From positions 1 to 50,946 of the forward strand of contig CAJVPI010000127.1 in NCBI GenBank assembly GCA_910592345.1: a stretch of DNA of 50,946 nt, given 5' to 3'. Below the pieces are notes generated by a model. The model did no database searches. It was not told the DNA's origin and saw nothing but the letters and a program-made list of their open reading frames with translations. This document shows, piece by piece, positions 26,921-38,529 of the stretch (positions are counted from its first letter, which is position 1; every line of letters begins with the position of its first letter). The position numbers were made by a program, and so were the translations under genes. This DNA comes from Paraglomus brasilianum (taxonomy: Eukaryota).

Positions 26921-28471
26921 ATGAATGGTAGAATACACTCTTCCCTAGTTATAGCTATATTCCTTTGCTTGTATGTATTCTGTTGCAACTCAAAGATGAC
27001 TGATGTAAATAGTAAGTTAATCTGCCGACTTGTTACTTTTATGAAATAACTTGGATTGACACTAAATTTAAAAACAGATCAAAGAGGCCCAGATGTCTGG
27101 TCTCCACGTGAGTTGAAAGAGTGGTTGGCCGAAAATAGAGTATATTATAAAGGAATCCCAGAGAAAGATGAACTAGTGGTCTTGGTGAAACGTCATTGGA
27201 GAGATACGAAACAAAAGGAAGACACGATTACGTCTTATGTTGATGAATTCGTGAAATATCTGGAAAGTTGTAAGTACCATACGTTGATAAGAGCGATCGC
27301 TTGTTCCATTATGACCGTTATTGATCATGCTACAATTTTGCAGACGCCACCGCGGGTAAGGAAGTCACAAAAGAAAATGCGAATGCATTAGCTGAAGAGA
27401 TTGCTAAAAACGCTGAATCAATACGAATTGGCTTTGGCATCACCGAGGATAAGATGGCATCAGTCTTTGATCAAGTAAAGTCTCGCATGTCGGGAGCCAA
27501 AGACGAAACAAGTAAGCAGATCAGCAGTACTTTCAATGATATCAGCCGATCATATGCTTCTGCTAAATCCAAGAGAGACGAGATAATAAACGAAGGGACA
27601 AAGCGCATCGCGGCAGACTACAAGAAAACAAAAAAAGTCTCTCAAGATACTATCCAATGGCTCAACGACCGAGTCGACGAGCTGAGTAAGGCTCCAGGAT
27701 TCGCCAAGTCGAGAGTCCAAACTCAAACTATACTTATTCTCCGCGGCATTGAAGAAAATCTGGTTTCTACCATGAAGACATCAACCAAAGATGTTGAAAA
27801 AATTGCCAATCAACTATCATCTGCACTTGGCGAACCATATGGAAAGACCAAGAATATATTCAAGCGTATCGGCAGCGGGATTTATAACACGATTGGTATG
27901 TAACTTTCCGATAAATGTTTCGAAACCCAAACATGGAAAACTGCTAAAAAAAAAAAAAAAACCGTTTGTACTTTTCTTTTTATATAAAGCTGGGACATGG
28001 CGTGCAGTTGTTTACGTCAAGAGGAAGGTGGTCGACGGAACGGAATACACGATAAACCGAATTATTGCTGTAAAGAATGGAGTAGCACATTTCGTTGGTA
28101 GGATTACGGGTAGAGCTAAAAAGACGGCTCTTGAAACCAAACAAGCTCAACAAGAACGATTTGCTTACTTGACCGATTACCTGCGAGACACTGTCAAGTC
28201 TTCTAAAGAGCCGATCGCCAAGGTATTGGCTAATGTTGAGAATCGAATTGTTACCACCGAGAAATTAACAAAAGATCAAGCGAAGGTTGTCCAGGAAACT
28301 TTGAAAGAGAAATTAGGTAACATAAAAGACGCAAAGGATTTGACCGAAGATCGTATAAATGATGCCATCAACGCTTTATGTAAGAAATTTACAAGCACTG
28401 GTGATGATAGATGTTGTGAAAAGTGTAAGAAGTATGAGCAAGTGGAACAGATCGTCAAATCGGAGTTGTAG
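26921..28471 (+). CDS. Ish1/Msc1-like (stress-responsive nuclear envelope/ER) protein, 4 exons
   Basis: N-terminal hydrophobic signal, then an Ish1-type repeat DVWSPRELKEWLAENRVYYKGIPEKDELVVLVKRHW, a helical body, and C-terminus KSEL*. Three GT-AG introns keep the frame. Confidence 0.65.
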
Positions 28472-28722
28472 TTGAACTGACATTTTAGTATAGCAGCATA
28501 GTATGAAAGTGTAATTAATTTACTTGGTGTGAAATCATATTTACCTAAATAAAATATTGCGTGATCTGTCAGCATCTTTTAACTTGCATTTCACACATGA
28601 CTGAGCCACTAATTTCATCGTTTTGCGAGTCGCGTGGTCCAACGTGATGTCGATGAGAGAAAATTATTATTGTCTAACGCTAAACCAAGCCGTTTATCTA
28701 AATTAGTCATTTCAAAAAAACG

Positions 28723-30313
28723 ATGTATGAAATATACGTGTGGGGAGAAAGCTTGGGATTGCCTTCGATAGATCCTGGTTGTCTGGCTATAATTTCGTAC
28801 TTGCAGCTGGTCGCACCCGGTGAATATGGTATAATAGAGTGTAATAATCCCAACGTGTCGATTACAGGTTAGTAAAATATACTCGGTCAGCAGTAAAATC
28901 TCTTTTTACATGCTTAGTATGTTGTGATTTTAGGGGAACTACCTCTTTTAAGAGTCGGTAGTGAATGGATCGCTGGTGTCGAGAATATAATCAAACATTT
29001 GAACAAAGAGGTATTATCATTGGGCCGTCCAAGTGGGGAGGAAATGCTCTCTTTTTTTTTTCATAACGTTTTAATTCAACGTGCTTCTCAACCAGGGTCG
29101 TGACGGTACGGATCGTTTAACTGATGTACAAAAGGCAGAAAGTCTTGCGTATGTCTTTGTTTAGCCTTAACCTGTTTGGCAAGACGCGATCAGCTATTTA
29201 ATTCAACCCGAGTCTCAAGCCTACCTCGTTTTTGCTTTAGATTTATGACTCTTATTCAAGAAGATGTCTATGACGCATTCGTGAGCTTTGAAACTGTTAC
29301 TCCATGGTGTTCTTGTTCACCATTACTTTTCAACTCTATGCACATTTTGTTGTGAATACGAGTGATGACAGATCTGACTATTTTATGGATAGCTATTCTC
29401 ATGGTATATTGATTCGAAGAACTATTCAGAGGTCATTCGGCCACTCTTTGGTAGACTTTTGCCGCTGAGTGTGAGATATATTATTCCTTCTCAAACGCAA
29501 AAAATGGTCGAGGCGAGGTTGGCGAGATACAAAAAGGCTTTCAACGGCGATGAGAAGCTAACTGTTCACGATACGAATGGTGTAGGTTGATGTGATGAGC
29601 GAAAGCTTTCTTAGGACGCCTTCTTACGATGCTTAAATGTTAAATATGGAGTAATTATGAGTAATCACAATTAATACTTTATTCAGATATACATGATGCA
29701 AAGGGATTTGTACGATATATTAACAAGGAAACTCGGAGAGAACGATTATTTTTTTGACGGCTCGTAAGTATAATCTTCTTGGCACGATCTAATAATCTTG
29801 ATAGAACACTAACCGTCATGCAGTACCCCAACAACACTAGACACGATAGTTTATGGTTATCTGGCCCTTCAACTATATCCCCGTCTTCCCAACCCAATTC
29901 TATCCGATATCCTTGAAAATGATTATCCTCGATTAAAACAATTCTGTGATCGGATGAAACATCGTTTATTCCAAGAACAGCTACCGATTATTCAAGCAGC
30001 TGAGCTGCCTTCAATGTTTACAGGATTGTTCGTATCGCCTCGTTCGTGGTTTACCAACACTTTTCGGGGCAAAAGAGATGACACGAAGATAGAAAAGTCT
30101 CAAGCTCAGTTGAACTTTGAGAGGAAAAGGTTCTATTCGATCGTCGGTGCAGTAATGTTTATGATTGTATATACCGTTTGGAATGGTATTGTTGTGATAG
30201 ATATAGTGGGCAGTGAAGATGAGGATGAGGATGAGGATGAAGATGAGGAAGAAGAAGATAATGAGGACGATGAGGAAGAGGAGGAAAAAGAGGGGGCGGA
30301 AGAAAGATTATGA
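28723..30313 (+). CDS. SAM37: metaxin-1 / SAM37 (Tom37) mitochondrial outer-membrane SAM complex subunit, about 7 exons
   Basis: MYEIYVWGESLGLPSIDPGCLAIISYL...NNPNVSITGELPLL (Tom37 N-terminal motif), GST-like C-domain (LGENDYFFDGSTPTTLDTIVYGYLAL), a C-terminal TM segment and an acidic tail. Confidence 0.88.
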
Positions 30314-31187
30314 TTTGTGTAGAGACGAATGAGTCAGACTGAGGACAAACTTAATTCATTCAAAATAAAGTAAAAATGAATAACAATTGCAACAAGATAT
30401 TTTCATTTCAACTCGCAATGTTTGTGGCATTTTCAGTTAAAACCATACTTGTAGAATACTCGACAATTCAATCTGTCGGCATGAGCTTTCGTCTGTAAGA
30501 ATTCGCGATAGCCATAATGCACATCACTTTATCGTTAATGTTTGATTATTGACTTTATTAAGACCCCGAGCGATCTTTGTAGATAAGCACCAAGACTGTG
30601 AAATAGAAGTACTTCGAATGCAACTTTTAAAGAGGTCGACATTATTAAGTGGTAGGTTTGTTTTAAACCTTTGAATATTGATGTAATACACACTGGACAA
30701 ATAAAAGTTATTTATAAACTTCAATGAGGACGAGTCGCGTAGATATTTACTCAATATCATTCATTATATGCGACAAATTCTTTTGCTAAACTGATTTTCC
30801 TGATTGATCGACATTCGTGCAACATTGCCAAAATTACGCAATTTAATCTCAAAGGATTTTGCTGGAAAGTTGTCTGAATTTATCTTCGCTTCAAGACTTG
30901 TAAAGCATTTCTTTGAGGGACCTTGTTGCAGCAGCAAGCTTTGAAGACTGATTGCTGTCTAGTTTTCATTTGTCTTACTCCTTTCCATGCACTTCTTGAC
31001 TTATTTTGTGAAACAAATAATCTAACACAAACGGTCTCATTACCTATTAGTAATGAGCTTTTGGTGTCATACTGAATCACGGGATCAATTTCAAATGGTT
31101 ATAAAAAACGGTTTTCTTTTTCTTCGCTCATTATCCGCAGTACCAAAAGCATTCTTCCAGTATTCCAGGGAGGAAAAAAATACTACC

Positions 31188-33671
31188 ATGTCAGATGAAA
31201 CAGCCACCCTCCCCCCCCCAAACTCAGTGCCTATGGAGGGTGAGGTATCCAACAGTCAGATAGAATTACCTGCTCATAATCAAGAGAAAACCGAAGCTCA
31301 AGAAAGTGTGCAAACGAATGATCAGTTACTTATACCCTCTACTTCAGACCCATCAACTCAATCGGTTGAACTGCCTCCTGTCCCTGTTAATGAGCCCAAT
31401 CATGAACATTTTACTCAATCGCCTTCCTATGTAGAGATAAAGCCCCCAGAAATAACCCATAATAATATCAATGTTGAACCTAGCATTAGTAATGATATAA
31501 CTAGTGTTTCATCAACCGTAAGCCAAGACACTGCTCAAATTGAGGTTACTGGAAAAGAGCCTTCAACCTTAGGTCAAGAGACAGTTCAAAATGAAGTTAC
31601 TGGGAAAGAGCCACGCAAATGGCGCCATCGTCGTTCACCTAATGATAAGAATGACAATAAAGCACCATTTAACTTACGCAGACTTTCTGATGCTGATTTT
31701 CAAGCTTTGCCTCCAGGGTCCCGTCTGTTCCTTGGGAATTTGTCTACTCATTCTACTTCTAAGAAAGAACTTTATGACATATTCTCGCCATATGGGGAGA
31801 TTTTGCAGATATCTATCAAAAATAGTTTTGGTTTCATTCAATACGATAATCCAGACAGCGTGGTCAAAGCAATTACTAAAGAAAATGGAAGAGTATTACA
31901 CGGGTTGAAATTAGGTGAGACTTTTTGTTAATCGCTATTCTATAAACGATCAATTCATTATTTACTCGATAATAAAATATCTCCTTTCCCTTCGTATGAT
32001 GTCCCCCCCCCCCCCGTATAGGACTTGAGATTTCATATGGTAAGCCATGGCATCATCCTCCACAGGGTGAGGGACCCAAACAAGCACATGCGCACAGGCC
32101 AGACAAGCATTGGGCTCAAAGAGGTTACAAAGATGAATGGTACGGAGGCGAGCGTGCCTTTTCTCCTCCACGTGGACACCAGATGCCTCCGTATACTGAT
32201 AGACGTTACGAAGAATATGAGCACCGACCAAACGAATATCGGCGTACTTCGTATGATGGTAGACCTGGTTATGAATACCAAGAACATAGAGAATACCGCA
32301 CACCTCCTGATTATCGCGAAGAATATAAGCCTGAACATGAATATCGACCTCGCGACGAGCGCGCCGGGTATCGACGAGGCGCCTTTCGTGAAGAGCACCG
32401 CGAAGAGCGATATCGAGCAAAACCTTACAGAGTCCCTTCGCGTGATTACGTCGATCGACGCCAAGGTCGAGAATATCCTCCATATAGGGGTCATAGTCAC
32501 GACGAGCCCGATGACGACTTTCCTTTACCAAGACGTCAAGGCAATGAGGTGCCCGAGTGTCAGATTATTGTGTTGGAAGAAATTGAACGGTAAGCATTCT
32601 TTAATAATTATCATATTATCACAAACTATGATTTGACACTTTTTTTTCTGTTGAATAGTAATTTTATATGGCAAGTTGAAACTGCATTCCGTGAAGCAGC
32701 CATTACTGTCCACATATTACATTTGTCAAGAAAGAAGCTCCCAATACCTGCAGTAATTCGTCAAATGATCGTTGAGGGTGTGCATGCTGTCATCTTCTTG
32801 GAACGTCATCACGAAATGACCGCACGTGTCAATATGCAAATCTTTGATCAATCGCGTGCTGCACGAGACAGCAATGTAAAGTATGATGGTATGTATTTTG
32901 CCCGTATGTTGGAAATAGATGTGCACTATCGCAATCTTTGTTGTTATAAACGACTGCTGATTAATCTTTGAAATTTACTATTGTTCAGAATATGAAAACA
33001 TTAGAATTGAGGAAGCAGTCGGCCTTCTACTTCGTGCCCGCGCCATGCAAAGACCCGGTGATATTCGACCTCCTGATAATTTGTTGCTTGGCCAGCCACC
33101 AATGCAACCCCCCCAAACAATGCCACTCGGACCTCAACCTGGGGGAGCCAACCCCAACCCAAATCTTCTGGGTAATGTTAATTTTGCTGCGTTGGCCAAT
33201 CTTCTCGGGAGCCTTCAACAGCAGCAGCCGGGTGCAACTGGCCAACCAGTGCAACCAGTGCCAATGATACCGCCAAATGCCATACAACCGCCAGGTTCTA
33301 TACAACCGTCGCAGCCTACAGGAATGTTGCCACAACAGCAACCGCCTAATATTGATGTTCAACAGCTTTTAAGACAGCTTGCTCCCCAGAATCCGGCTGT
33401 AAACAACCAACCATCATTTATGCCAGCTCCACATCCCATAGGATCGAACCTAGGATCGAACTTGGGTCCACCACCCACACATTTTAATCCTCAAATGGTG
33501 GGACAACCACCAAACGCTGTTCCTCCTAATACAATGCAACCTAGTATGTCATTGTCCCAGCAGACTCAGCATCCCACGTCAAATATTCCACAGTTTACAA
33601 CTCAAATCAATCCACCTACAAATGTGACTGATTTGATGGCACAATTGAACCAGTATAGCAATCAGCATTGA
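31188..33671 (+). CDS. NAB3: Nab3-like RRM RNA-binding protein with an NCOA5-like domain and P/Q-rich tail, 4 exons
   Basis: RRM SRLFLGNLSTHSTSKKELYDIFSPYGEILQISIKNSFGFIQYDNPDSVVKAI closely resembles the yeast Nab3 RRM. It is followed by an R/E/Y-rich region, then VPECQIIVLEE...RQMIVEGVHAVIFL, then a Q/P-rich C-terminus. Confidence 0.85.
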
Positions 33672-34736
33672 CATCTTGCCGATGATTGAGAAACACTCTT
33701 TCCCCCCTCCCCCCAACTTTTCGCTCGTTGTTCTTTTCATGCTCTGGTTATAGCATCCGCGTCTTATCTCTCTGTTGTCTGCAATTGGGTTGCGTATTAT
33801 CATCCGGATACTAAGTGGATGCATGTGTTGCTTTGCGTTTGCGCTGCATTTTGAATAATGAGTTCGTGTGAACCTGTAATACCGAAATGTAGATAGAATT
33901 ATTCTTTATTGTATAGGGTGCTACGTTATTGCATATCTAATTGCTTGCCAAGTTTAGTTGTCATTGCACGAATGGGTGATTGGACAGACTTTCCATACTA
34001 GATAATATTTCTTAGCTTGCAGACCCTTGATTCGGCCCGTTCGATTATTCCACCTACAATTTCATTCGTGCTGTCCTTTTCCTATTTCCTTCATATTATT
34101 CTCCCCAATAAATCCCCATTTGATCATCCGGTTTATGTACATAAATATATCCGCTAGCTTTGCGATACGTGACTTTTGTGTTCCTTTACGCAACGAAAGT
34201 AGGATCTGTCATAAGGTTATATAGCCGAGCCGACTAACTACATTCGTTCTACAATTAATAACCCTGAAAAAACGTATCCATAACAAAAATGCGATGTCTT
34301 ACTTCTTAGATGTATAGGAAGGTTGTACTAAAAATGTTTAGCAGTCTGAATTAAATAAAATAATTATTATTATACTCGTTTTACATAGAAGTCAGTAGAA
34401 TGTGATTTTCATGCCCTGTCGAATGAGTGAAAACTTTACAAAATGACCCTGTTCATTCCACGCATAAGATTTGATATAAAGTCGAATCACAATTTATTTC
34501 ATCAAAAGCAAAAAATGTGCCACCAAGAAATAGAAGAGTCTTTGTCTGGTGTGTATGATTGTTTGCAGATATCCAATGTTTCCATTTACGAAATGGAAGA
34601 CTTGGATGCGTTCCTACGAGTCAGCAGCCGCTATATTCACAACGATTAACTAACAAACAGCTGTATCGGCTTTTTGCCAACTGTTTAGATTGACATGCAA
34701 CGTATGCCATTATTATGACATGTGCCAGGATGATCA

Positions 34737-35864
34737 TCATTCTTCAAATGCAGCAGCTCGAATGATCTTTACATTATCTTTTGGTCTATGAATTGATCAT
34801 CTCGTATACTTTAGCGTCATTATATTATTGAGCAGAATCCATTTGTATCGCGCCTGACTTACCGATCATTAGAATCCGTTGCAACAAGACCCATACGCCT
34901 TACAATCTTTATGCCTTTGGAAACGCGGCCGAATATTGCGTGTTTGGCTTTTGTTGGAAGCAAAAGAAATTTAACATTATTTCCGCTAGCATTTTACATC
35001 GATTGAATATTAATATTAGCAATTACCATCTAGCCATGGTGTAGGTGCTAACGTGATAAAAAACTACAATAATAATCGATAGGTCGTACTATTAGTTAGT
35101 TCAAGACTGTGTGTGTTAATAAACAACCGCCTTCCCCATATGAGATTCTTGCCTGACTCCCGTTGGTATCGGGTCCCGAGTTTGCCATACTCAAAATTCC
35201 TGCACCTGTGTGCTTTAGATCAGGATGAATTTCATCTTCAAATTTGTCGCTATTTTATATAGACGGGAAATGTTAAATTTTAATATCTATTATAAATAGA
35301 CTTTGATCATGAGGGACGAGCTCTACGATACCCATAGATAGACGTTCCACCTCTTCCTGTGCCAGTGGGATCACCTCCTTGAATTACAAAATCCTACAAC
35401 GTGTCCAACCGCAAATAAGTATTCATAAGGATGGTCACCTGAAAACATATGACCATCAGATACTTACTGGAATAATTCTATGAAACTAAAGAATAGAGGA
35501 ATAAGTCTGCGTAATCAAGCCCACGAGTATAGCCTCCCTAGTGAATCTACTTACTATAACGTTGTTGTAACGACCACGTTTAGCCTACAAAGAAGATCGT
35601 TTAGTTAACGCTTTCGCGTTTTGCAAATCTGCAATTTTCACGTATCGCTATATCTTTCGAAAACGCTAACTAACCAATTCCCAGAAATTCTTACAGGTCT
35701 TGGGCGCATGGTCCCAATACAATTCGATGGTTATTTCCCCCTAACGGTATATCAGATGATAAAACAATTAATAATTCGGAAGCGTTAGAGTATTGGAAAA
35801 GAGTGACACTAACCATGGAAGTGTAAAGGATCACGTATGGTCGGTCAACTTCTTCATCAGCCAT
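34737..35864 (-). CDS. PPIL1: spliceosomal cyclophilin PPIL1-type peptidyl-prolyl isomerase, 9 exons
   Basis: Spliced product ...[115 protein letters not shown]...[11 protein letters not shown]. Absent from the ORF track because the exons are short. Confidence 0.95.
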
Positions 35865-36662
35865 ATTCTCTCGCTGTGACGAAACGAAACCTTGGAAATT
35901 TTTCCAGCTGATGATTTTTCGTAGTCGAAAATTTTGCCGATCATCGATCTGCTCTATGAAAATAATGACGATTGAAGTTTACTTGCAGCTATCGTTGTCA
36001 TTCAATATATATAAAATAAGATTAGGGGTGAGAAGGTCATAAAGAATCATATGGATGTCGCAATGTGAATGTTTCTTGCTATTACAACCGATTATTACAG
36101 TTTGGGTTTATTAGACCTCATATAATAGTAGTTTGTCAAAACTCAAACATACTGGCGTGGCAATATGATTCTATCGATGCAGTAAGATGCCTCAGCCAGC
36201 CGCCTGAAGAATGCATGTCAGAATGGGGTTTTATTAGAGGAACTACAACATTCTACAAACAAAGTTATCGAAATCTTTACTGCTCAATGAAATGTAAACA
36301 AGACGCTCTTTCGTTAGTCTCACTGATTTCTGGCGAAACTCATTTACTTTAGCTTATTTATCAATGAAGAGTTTGCCAGCGAACTAAGATATGGCGAATA
36401 CTTCAGGTCAGTTTATATCTTGAAGAACGCGATTATTTCATTAATAAATAAAATTTTATATCAGATTCGATATGTATTTATTCGCATTATAGTAAACATT
36501 TACTATATAGCGAGAGTCTTGATATTATGCAAGAAACCAGATCTTCCTGGGCCGAGAGATCGAAGTTTATCGTGATCAATAAAAACATGAATGTTAATAT
36601 ACGTAACCTTTTAACATTGAATATACTTCGATTATTGTGTTTCTTACCAAGCAATATTCAGA

Positions 36663-37321
36663 TTAATGATGATGTCCACCATCACCATCACTACCTACGA
36701 AAACTAGTTTGTATACACCACCGCACTCGGGGCATCTGTCAAATTCATGTTCTTTTTCCAATTTCAACCAGATCATCTCGTGCGTGTCGGCAGGGTAGCC
36801 TTAAATTTCAAAAAAATGAATGTTGGCTGTGCGAAAAGCAAACAACAGCAACATTACAATGGCCTCGCTTGTTTAATTCACTAACCGGTGCATCCAACAT
36901 AACGTTCAGGATCAACACTTTTGACGAGAATAGGATTGCTCTTAGTCCCAAGATGAGTCAAAAGCAGCGGTTTCATATCAAAAAATTCCTGTCCCTCTAT
37001 CTTAGCAAGTATTTCGGCTCTCTCGAGACCAGTCGCCTGCTCCAAATCCGTGGGAATGCTGTTTGGCTTTGCACCCGGGCCGATAAGGCTAGGCGATACG
37101 TCTATGAAAGCAAAAGCAAGACGAGTAACATAGATATGAGTAATATTAGTAAATAACATGTAATTATAAACGAGCAGGACTGAACCGGACAAGCAGCTGT
37201 TCATACCTCCCCTGCGAGCACCAAATACCGAAAATGATCGGATTACTCTTGGAGTGCGTGACTGAAATCTAAAGTTGTTCAGCGCAGCAAAGCCAGTGCG
37301 ACGAATAACTGTATGGAGCAT
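36663..37321 (-). CDS. COX4: cytochrome c oxidase subunit 4 (COX5B family, Zn-binding), 3 exons
   Basis: Arg-rich presequence, then PTDLEQATGLERAEILAKIEG...RYVGCTG|YPADTHEMIWL...RCPECGGVYKL. TAA at 36663-36665. Confidence 0.95.
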
Positions 37322-38158
37322 TCTATACAACAAGCCGAGGATAAAGGAATAAAAGTATAGTTCTTGTAGAGGGAATCGTCAGTAGTTTGTCAGTTATTAT
37401 TATTGATAGCGCAACTAAATAGACTTATCATTAGTGTAACATCTAACTGATTTTAAAATTTTTATTTCTAAATGTGACACGTATTATTATTACGCTGATA
37501 TAAGGCTACTGTATCCCCACAATGTTTGGTAACAGGGTTTTATGAAGTAAAGCGTAACTGCATATGCAGGCGGCCATTCTAGCCAGATATAGGAGCCAAC
37601 TATCGCGGGAGAGCGTTCAGTAATTGGCCTTGGGATTTAGCTCTTTCAATCGAGGCCTAGCTAACTTCTAAATCGATAATACAGTTAGTGACTTTATACC
37701 CTCATGCTTTCAGGACAATGCTAATATTAGATGAATTCTTTACAGGACGCAAATTTACGTTCATGTCTAATATCCTTGCTAGATTAACCTTTCAATTGGC
37801 AAATGCAATAAACATAATTATTCTAACGGATAATCTAACAAATAGCACGACAGACAAATAGTACGACATTTGACGTTCACGAAATAAAATCGTATTTTTG
37901 TTTAACGACAGAAGTACAATGATGATATTTGTTGAATTTGTTTATGAAAGAATCTTCGATTGGCAAATATACATGTCTAACTGTCGATGACTGATTAAAT
38001 AAATAAGAAAAGACGTATACATTTCGCCACTAACTGAAATGGTATCACCGCTTCTCTCTTTCCTTTTTTTTAACAAAAAAAAAATTACCGTTATGGCCTG
38101 CTTTTTATTGCATTGTTTGAGTTGGAAAAAAGCTTGCTTCTCTCCTTCTTACCAAGCA

Positions 38159-38209
38159 TCAAACTCCCGGAATCTAAATAAAGACCTCGAAACCTCAAAC
38201 TCCCGGAAT
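38159..38209 (+). mobile_element. micro-insertion copy 3 (21-bp insert, 15-bp TSD)
   Basis: TCAAACTCCCGGAAT (38159-38173) + CTAAATAAAGACCTCGAAACC (38174-38194) + TCAAACTCCCGGAAT (38195-38209). Confidence 0.85.
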
Positions 38210-38529
38210 TTTCGTTGGTCATAATCATGATGATCACCCTATATATGGGAATATACTGTGCGATGTTAAATGTGTTGGAAAAGTGTGTTGGATTTCTTGA
38301 TTATAATCTCACGATTATTTATTGTTATTATTATTATACTACTAGTAGAGTTAGTGTTAGTGTATTTATTACAGGGGGTAAGCTACTCTAACTTCGAACG
38401 AAGATCTTTAGCAAACTAAGGGTAAACGTTTATAAGAGACTCCGGCACTTCGGATCGGCCTAATTTAGCAAGTACAATTATTCATTTGTGCCCCCAACCA
38501 GAAAACTTTTACCTTTTTATCGTAACATT

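Noticed and set aside
31962..32636. Long overlapping ORFs in several frames and strands within NAB3
   Set aside because: By-product of the repetitive R/E/Y/D-rich coding exon, which lacks stops in alternative frames.
36527..37156. 209-aa plus-strand ORF overlapping COX4
   Set aside because: Antisense to a clearly conserved spliced gene; the composition is not protein-like.
4800..38209. CRISPR-like reading of the recurring 21-bp core
   Set aside because: The copies are dispersed over tens of kb, not arrayed. The duplicated parts are the flanks rather than repeat-spacer units, the context is eukaryotic, and there are no cas genes.
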